A program made the position numbers and the translations under genes. Source: Macrostomum lignano (lineage: Eukaryota). From it: a stretch of 64,000 nucleotides of DNA. This document shows positions 54,840 through 64,000 of the stretch, in pieces. The stretch covers positions 62,001 through 126,000 of the forward strand of contig NIVC01001523.1 in NCBI GenBank assembly GCA_002269645.1. The letters are read 5' to 3'. Under the pieces are notes generated by a model. It was given only the letters and a program-made list of their open reading frames with translations. It was not told the DNA's origin and made no database searches. Within the stretch, counting starts at the first letter, position 1, and each line of letters begins with the position of its first letter.

Positions 54840-56171
54840 TCAGTCGTACAAGGAGTCGTGCGACTTGGCCAGCTTCTGTCCGTGCCCTTCAATGTGCTGC
54901 AACGATCCACAACCCGTGGCCGCGTCTCCGCTGCCGCCGGCGCTGGTCCCGTCGCCACCATTGTTGGCGTACAGGCATTTCAGGTGCACGGTCTCCAAGG
55001 CGTGCGAATCTGCGCCGGAGGTCATATCGGCTGTAGCGTCGGCATTGGCGGCCGCGGCTTCGGCCGCCCGACGGCAAACTCCGCAGACCAGCGGACGGGC
55101 CGCCAGACGGTAGACGTCGCTGCGAAATTTGGCGGAGCTGGCCGAGTATACGAAGAAATTTAACAGAGAATCGGTGACGGACAACACGTTGGTGATGGTG
55201 TCCGGGTGGATCGGCAGCGTGCCCTGCAAGCTTGGAGACACAATCAGCATCGTAGTGGACACGAAGGTTGGAAACTCGAGCACGGAGAACAGGATGGCCA
55301 GGCCGAGGACCATCTGGCTGGCTCTGCGCGAGCTCAGCGTCCGTTTCTGCTGACTGCGCCCGGCATTCTGACGGCAAGAGTGGCCGCACCGTTTCGCTGG
55401 CCGGCTGCGTCGAATCTTCACCCACATGATCACGGTGGGGATCGGGATGAGCACTGTTGGAATCAGCGACTGAAAAGCGTACAGAGCCCACTGGGCGCCT
55501 GACGAGTTCATGAGAGGCCGGATGACGACCAGGTCTGGCAGGTTGGTGCACAGCGCCCCCATGTGGCCGAGGTTGTTCAGGACGGCCAGCAGGAGGGCGA
55601 CGGCGATCACGGCGCAGAACATCCCGGCCAGGCGAGTCCGGCTGAACAGCAAGAAACGACGCGAAGCCAACGGCCGGGCGATGACTTCGCAACGGGCTGA
55701 ACTAATCAACAGTACGTTCCAGTTCCTGATGGACACCAGAGTGTTGATGCCGATGTGTACGCAGGTTGTCACCGTGTAGCTAGGCACAGTGTGCCAGTGC
55801 TCAAAGTCGCTACGAACGATGCCAGTCTCCACTAGCAGGATGCACTGCAGGCAGATCTCGGTGCACGAGATTGACAGCAGGGAGAAGCGGACAGCTCGAT
55901 TGTCGAATTTCTGCTTGGCGAAGATGAACAGCGAGAGCGAATTGGCAACCAGAGCCACGGCGGCGATGGGCAGAATGATGAGGCTGTTGAATTTTTCTGT
56001 CTCCACAAAGCCGTGTCCGTGATCTTTGAGGGTTTTATTGGGCTCGGATTCGTTGCACCAGTCTCTGATGTAGTATAGCATGGCTGCTGGAGCTGGGAAG
56101 CAAGTTGGGTAAGGGTTCAATTCGTTAGGCAATTTGGCTTTAATGCACTTGTCGATTTCAAGAAAAGTCAT
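54840..56171 (-). CDS. Intronless rhodopsin-class (class A) orphan GPCR, peptide-receptor-like, 443 aa
   Basis: ATG-initiated ORF with seven hydrophobic segments: TM1 ALVANSLSL, TM3 RNWNVLLISSARCEVIARPL, TM5 QSLIPTVLIP, TM6 FSVLEFP, TM7 DSLLNFFVY, helix 8 SAKFR. N-terminal sequons NES and NKT. Confidence 0.9.
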   Translation of the reverse strand: MTFLEIDKCIKAKLPNELNPYPTCFPAPAAMLYYIRDWCNESEPNKTLKDHGHGFVETEKFNSLIILPIAAVALVANSLSLFIFAKQKFDNRAVRFSLLSISCTEICLQCILLVETGIVRSDFEHWHTVPSYTVTTCVHIGINTLVSIRNWNVLLISSARCEVIARPLASRRFLLFSRTRLAGMFCAVIAVALLLAVLNNLGHMGALCTNLPDLVVIRPLMNSSGAQWALYAFQSLIPTVLIPIPTVIMWVKIRRSRPAKRCGHSCRQNAGRSQQKRTLSSRRASQMVLGLAILFSVLEFPTFVSTTMLIVSPSLQGTLPIHPDTITNVLSVTDSLLNFFVYSASSAKFRSDVYRLAARPLVCGVCRRAAEAAAANADATADMTSGADSHALETVHLKCLYANNGGDGTSAGGSGDAATGCGSLQHIEGHGQKLAKSHDSLYD

Positions 56172-57404
56172 AATCGTTTGGCATATTTAATGTGGTTCTG
56201 TCCCTGCCTAACCGGAAGACATCAGTTAGTATTAGGCGGCTAGTTTGTCACTGGCTCAGTTCTGCGACCTAATTTTGTTTTCCCATGCGTCCATGCGGTA
56301 AATGCTTCCTGAACCTAATCGTAATTGGAAAATTCCACATATTGTCTCACAAAATCCGCCTTTGTCTGGCAGCCAGGGGATTCAGCCTCAGATCGAATCA
56401 AGGGAGGGAGGTTTGATAAAAAACGTTCTTTCGAAAAAGTATTTCTGCCTTGTGAATTGTAGGTTTCTGTTGACACAAGCGTAACGATGATTTCTGGCTA
56501 AGAGGGCTCACGAGATAATAGCCTTCTATTATAGGGGCCGGTTCTGCAACGACCCTCGATTATATTTAGCATTGGGCTTTTGCACATCGGGAAACGTATT
56601 TGCTAATTCATTCCACTTAAATATTGCGGAAATAGAAGAATTAGAGTTTTTCTGCAATAGTTCTCCAGTTTTGACATTTCCGATACGTATTTCCTTAGCC
56701 CAGAAGATTAAGATTACCTACGCTCCTACGAATCATGAAAATAATAAGCAGCCTCAATTGAAGCACGAATACCGGTATCACGTGATTTTACTTAAGTAAC
56801 TTAATAAAATTAACCCTCAATTCGATATCTCTAATAGTAGCTCGAGTCTCATTTAGTTATAAATCCATCTGTCTTTGCTCATTTCTGCCGGAGCCAACGC
56901 CGCATGATCCGCCCGCGGATGCTGCTGCCTCCCTCATCTGTGAGTTTGCGCTGGGTCGTGTGGCTTCCTTGTTGACTGACTGGCTCTCTCTCTCTCTCTA
57001 TGTGGCAGCAGGATGCATCTTTCCGCGCGAATCTGCTTCCAGCCTCGCTCCCCAACCTGGGCATCCCTCCTTTGCCACCGGAAGCCTGAACTTATCAAAG
57101 GCCGAGCTGTCAGCGGGCCGCTAACTGCCGCATCGGCTCCAGCAAACAAACCGCAGGCAGAGAAGCTGAGCTGGCTTGGACTCTGCTTTTCTTTGTTCCC
57201 AGAGCTCGTTAAATGTTGATCAAGTCCCGACTGGAACGGACTGTGAATCATGCAGGCTTATCTGCTATTCTTCCAAGACGCTTTGGTAGACATTGGAGTT
57301 CACCCAAAATACTCGTATGTCGAAGAAGATTCAACTGCAAAATGCACAGAATAAATTCAAGAGACGACGTATCAGTCAAATTTTTATCTAGGACACAAAA
57401 TCAT

Positions 57405-58460
57405 CTACGATGCACACCAGACAGACACAGCATCTGCGATGCACACCAGACAGACACAACATCTGCGATGCACACCAGACTGACACAACATCTGCGATGC
57501 ACACCAGACAGACACAACATCTGCGATGCACACCAGACTGACACAACATCTGCGATGCACACCAGACAGACACAGCATCTGCGATGCACACCAGACAGAC
57601 ACAACATCTGCGATGCACACCAGACTGACACAACATCTGCGATGCACACCAGACAGACACAACATCTGCGATGCACACCAGACTGACACAACATCTGCGA
57701 TGCACACCAGACAGACACAACATCTAATGATGCACACCAGACAGACACAACATCTGCGATGCACACCAGACAGACACAACATCTAATGATGCACACCAGA
57801 CAGACACAAAATCTAATGATGCACACCAGACAGACACAACATCTGCGATGCACACCAGACAGACACAACATCTGCGATGCACACCAGACAGACACAACAT
57901 CTGCGATGCACACCAGACAGACACAACATCTAATGATGCACACCAGACAGACACAACATCTGCGATGCACACCAGACAGACACAACATCTGCGATGCACA
58001 CCAGACAGACACAACATCTGCGATGCACACCAGACAGACACAGCATCTGCGATGCACACCAGACAGACACAGCATCTGCGATGCACACCAGACAGACACA
58101 GCATCTGCGATGCACACCAGACAGACACAGCATCTGCGATGCACACCAGACAGGCACAACATCTGCGATGCACACCAGACAGACACAGCATCTGCGATGC
58201 ACACCAGACAGACACAACATCTGCGATGCACACCAGACAGACACAGCATCTGCGATGCACACCAGACAGACACAGCATCTGCGATGCACACCAGACAGAC
58301 ACAACATCTGCGATGCACACCAGACAGACACAGCATCTGCGATGCACACCAGACAGACACAGCATCTGCGATGCACACCAGACAGACACAACATCTGCGA
58401 TGCACACCAGACAGACACAACATCTAATGATGCACACCAGACAGACACAACATCTGCGAT
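57405..58460. repeat. 29-bp minisatellite GATGCACACCAGACAGACACAACATCTGC
   Basis: Visible. Confidence 0.95.
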
Positions 58461-59064
58461 ACACATTACACTCACACAGTGGCGCTGACACATCGATGCT
58501 TAGTTGATTTATGCCTGATGATCATCGTGCATCTTTTCCAGAATAACTTTGATCCTTTTAAGCAGAGTGTCCAGGCTAAAGAAATGGCTTCCAAGCCTTC
58601 TGGACATGATTTCCTTTTCATTTTTTCTGCAACATTCCATTTTCTAACCAATCTCGCTTCCTTTGAAGGCCATACATGCTCACTTTTCATTTCAGCTGAG
58701 TCCGCTTTCATCCGCTTCCTTGACCAATCTATCCAGGACTTCTCAAGGAGCCGGACATTCCCTCTTCCATGACTTCCTAAACCTCTATTCATTGAAAAGC
58801 AATGCCGCGCATATAGATTGGGAATAAAAATAAAAGGGAAATTTCCAGCGGACTCTCTCTCGACAATGGGATATTGGGGAGTAGTAGAGTTTGCAAAGCC
58901 CAGAGGAAGTTGGGTTGAAAAAGATCGCTTGATTAAATTTGACTTTTAATTAAAGCAAAGACTTCCTCTCGGTCCGACCGGAGGAGACAATCGCCATTTG
59001 CTCGAAGTGCTCGTAAAATAAAAAGGAAATGCTTTCTCGGAAACCCAGTCCGTGCTGCATCGAA

Positions 59065-60010
59065 CACTTGGGACATTTCCCCAACAGGGAACTTGGGACA
59101 TTTCCCCAACAGGGACACTTGGGACATTTCCCCAACAGGGAACTTGGGACATTTCCCCAACAGGGACACTTGGGACATTTCCCCAACAGGGACACTTGGG
59201 ACATTTCCCCAACAGGGAACTTGGGACATTTTCCCAACAGGGACACTTGGGACATTTCCCCAACAGGGAACTTGGGACATTTTCCCAACAGGGAACTTGG
59301 GACATTTCCCCAACAGGGAACTTGGGACATTTTCCCAACAGGGACACTTGGGACATTTCCCCAACAGGGACACTTGGGACATTCCCTAACACGGGCACTC
59401 CTGACATTTCCCCTCCACGGACACTGGGGACTTTTACCCAACACGGACACTTGGGACATTCCCTAACACGGGCACTCCTGACATTTCCCCTCCAGGACAC
59501 TTATGTTATGTCTTCTGCTTCAACAATGATTACAGCCTCAAGGCTATCATCGGACATAAAAGTCTAAGAAGCTTTGTCTAGAGTACCGCGGTTCACGGCT
59601 AATATTTGCCTCTAGCGAGTACACTCAGAACCTTGCTCTTTGCGCTACTGTATTATTCGGCTCCTAAGGAAATAAAAGTCCGGAAATTGCAGAGAGAAAT
59701 TAAAGTCCGTTTAGTCTTTTGTCTATACACAACAACTTATGACATTTACCCTACACGGACATTTGGACATTTCCCTAACACAAACACGAGACATCTCCCA
59801 ACATTGACACTTAGGGACATTTTCTCAACATAGACTTTTAAGACATTTCCCCAGCACGGGCACCTGATACATCTCCCCAACAAAAGTGTCAACGCTCGTA
59901 GACACTTGGGACATTTTCTGAACTTGGACACTTTGCCATCTTCCCAGCAGGACACTGGGACACTTCCCTAACACGGACACTTGGGACATTTCCAGAACAC
60001 GGACATTTTA
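59065..60010. repeat. About 28-bp minisatellite ACTTGGGACATTTCCCCAACAGGGAC in two blocks (59065-59480 and 59750-60010, the second decayed)
   Basis: Visible. Confidence 0.88.
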
Positions 60011-60954
60011 GACAGCCTCTACAGGAAAATTCGGAATGGCTCCTCCCATAAAAAACTGAACTATATTTATTCAACCAATTAAAAAACTTTTCAAAACGAA
60101 CGATTTATTCGAACAGCAACTGCCGCAAGAATTTAGTTATCTTAGAAAAAAATGTTTTATATCGGAAGTCTCTGAAACGACAGAAAGCTTCTCAGCAAAG
60201 ATAATTACTGCAAAGAAATTGGCAATTGACGGAATAATACGGAAGAAATGCTTGACTGGAAAAACATTATGGATTTATTGCTACTCTCGATGAGAACAGG
60301 AAGGCCATGAGGACTGTCTGGACTTGGAGGAAGAAAAGTGCTTGATGTCTTAGACTCATACTCAATCTTGCCGTCCGAAGTTGGTATAGGCTATATAGCT
60401 AGGCCCGATCCCACTTTACTTCCCTTCGCGGTCACCAATTGATCTGTCCAATAAATCAGACAACCGGACGAGCTAACAAGAGTCCTCGGGGTGGTCAAGA
60501 CGGAAAAAAACAAGCAGTAAGCCCAGTCTTATCAGCCGAGAACTATGCAAAGAGCATAAAAGAAGAAACTTCTAGAGGTATAAAGATTGAGAGTTGGAAA
60601 GATTTGTCACATCCCGCTGGCAAACTATATACCGGTAACATCTAGCTGGTAATCTGAGCTAATTCATCTTACTTTTTCTCCTGCCTTTGATGCCGGGGAC
60701 AAATAATTGGCCCGGGGCAGCTGTAGACTCTGAGCCGGCATGGGTGAGACAATGAAGAGAAAGCGAAAGCGAAAGCCAATAATAATATCTTATTAAGACG
60801 GAATAGCTAAATTTAAATACAGAAATTCCAGAAAAGCACAGCTTTTAGGTATTTTATAAATAGAATGAAGCGAAGTGAATGAGTTGTATTTATAAGCATT
60901 GACGGAGATAGTGCGTCATCAGTCAGACTATATGGAGAAGAAATAATATGGTTG

Positions 60955-61880
60955 TGAGGTGGGTTTCACTTGGGGTAGGAATGGAAAGGGACAGTAGGAT
61001 AGTTAAGTAAGGGAGTGAGGTGGGTGTCACTTGGGGTAGGAATGGAAGGGGACAGTAGGATAGTTAAGTCAGGGAGTGAGGTGGGTGTCACTTGGGGTAG
61101 GAATGGAAGGGGACAGTAGGATAGTTAAGCCAGGGAATGAGGTGGGTGTCACTTGGGGTAGGAATGGAAAGGGACAGTAGGATAGTTAAGTAAGGGAGTG
61201 AGGTGGGTGTCACTTGGAGTAGGAATGGAAAGGGACAGTAGAATAGTTAAGCCAGGGAATGAGGTGGGTGTCACTTGGGGTAGGAATGGAAAGGGACAGT
61301 AGTATAGTTAAGTAAGGGAGTGAGGTGGGTGTCACTTGGAGTAGGAATGGAAAGGGACAGTAGAATACTTAAGTCAGGGAGTGAGGTGGGTGTCACTTGG
61401 GGTAGGAATGGAAAGGGACAGTAGGATAGTTAAGTAAGGGAATGAGGTGGGTGTCACTTGGGGTAGGAATGGAAAGGGACAGTAGGATAATTAAATCAGG
61501 GAGTGAGGTGGGTGTCACTTGGGGTAGGAATGGAAAGGGACAGTAGGATAGTTAAGTAAGGGAATGAGGTGGGTGTCACTTGGGGTAGTAATAGAAAGGG
61601 ACAGTAGGATAATTAAATCAGGGAGTGAGGTGGGTGTCACTTGGGGTAGGAATGGAAAGGGACAGTAGGATAGTTAAGTAAGGGAATGAGGTGGGTGTCA
61701 CTTGGGGTAGTAATAGAAAGGGACAGTAGGATAGTTAAGTAAGGGAATGAGGTGGGTGTCACTTGGGGTAGGAATGGAAAGGGACAATAGGATAGTCAAT
61801 TCAGGGAATGAGGTGGGTGTCACTTGGAGTAGGAATGGAAAGGGACAATAGGATAGTCAATTCAGGGAGTGAGGTGGGTG
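60955..61880. repeat. 61-bp G-rich minisatellite
   Basis: TGGGTGTCAC at 61021 and 61082, and onward. Confidence 0.95.
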
Positions 61881-62799
61881 CTGGTTTGAATTTATTCTTT
61901 TGTGACAGTAATACATGTACACCTGTGAGTTGACTATCTTGATTCAATCCAACCCAAGAACTTTGTTATATTGCTAGAAATTATTCAGTTTAACAAGTAC
62001 TAAATAGAATAATACTGAAGCAACACATTTTCTGACATTAGGAAAACTAAAAGAGATGTCTCTAAAGGAAGTTGGTGCTATACAGAAGGTGCTAAAGAAT
62101 GTCTTCATTTTCTTACCTTCGATTTTATATTCAGTCTGTCAGTTCTGCCACAAAGTTATTGAACGTTACGATTCCGTTATTTTAAAGCTGTCTGGAAACT
62201 TCAACTCCAAAGTGATGCAGCAGTTTTTTACTTGGACTTCGGTTTTAGCAACAGAAGCTACTGAGAAAATGGAATGAATAATCATTTTAGCATTCACGCC
62301 AGAGCCAATGACAGCAAAGATACTGAGGCGCGCGACTGTTATTGGCGCTTGCTGAGCTGTGAGGCCGGCCTCTAGCTAGGTGCACTGCCAGGCACAGCTG
62401 ACTTACCAGGAAAGAAACTCTGCAGTCCGAGGAACATATAGTTTCATATTATAAGACCTAAATTTCACATTACATCACCTTTCATAACGCCAAAGCTTAC
62501 GCAATGCCTAAAATGATCAAAATGAATGGTTGGTTGAAAGTTTTTTTGGCATTATGAAGTTTAGGTCCTCAACTCGCTGAAGTTACAAGTGAACTAAACT
62601 AAAGTTCATTTATTTATATAAAAAATCCTGAAGCATTTATCAGTACATGTAAATCCTATTCAATATACTTTAATAATAACTTCTGCTTCTGTCTTTGTGA
62701 ATCACACCTTTCTTTTTGTTATTAATCTCTTTAATAGTAAAATCGCTGTTCTGTGAATGACCTTTTGTGTTATACATAATTAATAATAACAATAACTGA

Positions 62800-63047
62800 T
62801 TACACCTGACCTAATTGGGCAGATGTGCAACCGACAGCTCAGCCGAAGCCAAACAGCTCAGCCGTACGGCTGTTCTGTCCAAGGACTGGGAGGTCGCCAC
62901 ACACACCCTCAATGCTGGCACCTATTTTGAAGCAATGCTAATTCTAAGTGTCTTTCTCAAGAACACAAATTATTCCAGCGGGATCGGGAATCGAACCCCC
63001 GACCTTCAAGTCGAGAGTCCGACGCTCTAACCACTAAGCTAAAACCC
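62800..63047 (-). mobile_element. tRNA-derived SINE
   Basis: On the minus strand: Pol III A box TAGCTTAGTGG (63041-63031) and B box GGTTCGATTCC (62997-62987), without a pairing acceptor or anticodon stem. These are followed by TGTGTTCTTGAGAAAGACACTT (62967-62946), which resembles a conserved central SINE motif, and an AT-rich tail. The 3' boundary is approximate. Confidence 0.7.
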
Positions 63048-63826
63048 TCTTTACTCTTTGTTATACAATGTAGGTAAATAATGTAATCAACCTTTCCGTT
63101 GTGATCAATAATGCTTATGTGTGCCCATCTGAAAGGCTTCTAGTTTGCATCCCTATATTTTCAGAATAAATATTCCAATAAGCCTAATAATTTTATCAGT
63201 TGGCAACCTTCGCAAACCACCCGTAGTTATTCAGAGAATTTTAGTAATTAAATATAGAATTGAGTTTGATTACGCAATATGGGACTTGCTCGAAGGCCTT
63301 CCCTCAACCTTTACACACCGTTTCCTCTTCAAACCCCCTCTTCAAACCCCTGCGCAGAAGGACAGAGAAAGAGGACAGGGGAGAGAGAGGGTCAGAGAGT
63401 GGAAAGGACTGGAGGGGTGACGGGGCCTAGAACCAAGCCCCCCTTTCAAACCTCACCCCCTCTTCCTGTCCAAAAAGCCCTTGGGACTCCACACACACAG
63501 CACACCCACCACCAATGTGCGCGTACATCTACGCAATATCAATCATTTAGCGATGACATCATTCCCCCCTTAAAGTTGGTATATTGTATAGACTGGACTG
63601 GAGTCCCGTCCTGTACATTCCAACCCCCACAAACCTTAACTCCGTCCGATTCCTTCTTCGTTCGTCTGTAATAAATATAATGGCGAGGTAAAAGCAGAGG
63701 AGAGAGGCCAGTGTATCAACCACTCTCATCCTTAGGAGAATAAAGCCAGAAGAGAACACGGTTCTTACACGGTATAGAAATGTCGCAACATCACACAGAC
63801 TTGGCTAACTGTTCTCCACCGCTCAG

Positions 63827-64000
63827 CTCATCGGAGAGTCGTCCAGCCTCTTCCACGGCCTCATCAACCTGCTGCGGCTCGGAGCAGAGATCGACTACGA
63901 CACCGCTGCTCTGGGACAGCATCATCGAGGAGGAGGTGCTGCGGGATTTGAACTTGGCTTCACAGCTTCAGCAGCAGCATCGGCAGAGGCGGCGCGATCT
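63827..64000 (+). CDS. Probable internal coding exon of an unidentified gene, truncated by the window end
   Basis: Branch point, pyrimidine tract and acceptor (ctaactgttctccaccgctcag) are followed by an open, C-ending-codon-rich frame LIGESSSLFHGLINLLRLGAEIDYDT... A second open frame from ATG 63780 (MSQHHTD...) also exists. Confidence 0.5.

Noticed and set aside
57388-58507. Cys/His-rich ORFs resembling metal-binding repeats
   Set aside because: 29-bp minisatellite read through shifting frames.
60955-61880. CRISPR-like regular array (also 44945-45385 and 15620-15960)
   Set aside because: Whole units repeat with no unique spacers, there are no cas genes, and the context is eukaryotic.
62978-63047. 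tRNA gene
   Set aside because: A and B boxes are present but the acceptor and anticodon stems do not pair; treated as a SINE head.

Overview
Eukaryotic, intron-containing animal DNA, not prokaryotic. GC-rich exons with C/G-ending codons sit in AT-rich, minisatellite-packed introns. This is reminiscent of a free-living flatworm such as Macrostomum (inference only). Genes I could reconstruct by hand from splice sites: (1) two tandem, intact 3' halves of a 14-3-3 gene (+; 167-817 and 2631-6403) with no 5' half visible between them; (2) an 8-exon SLC16/MCT-family MFS transporter (-; 12062-18644); (3) a 7-exon P2X receptor (+; 29877-42710, 511 aa); (4) a single-coding-exon SIRT6-like protein (-; 47249-48373) that lacks the cofactor-binding loop and the catalytic His and carries a YEATS-like C-terminal extension; (5) an intronless rhodopsin-class orphan GPCR (-; 54840-56171); (6) a probable exon of an unidentified gene running off the right end. 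There is also a tRNA-derived SINE. About half of the window (hand estimate about 33 kb) is tandem repeat from about 30 different arrays, and these explain most long ORFs in the supplied track. The two strongest leads are the predicted pseudo-sirtuin/YEATS-like fusion and the duplicated 14-3-3 3' cassettes, which may be alternative ends of one gene.
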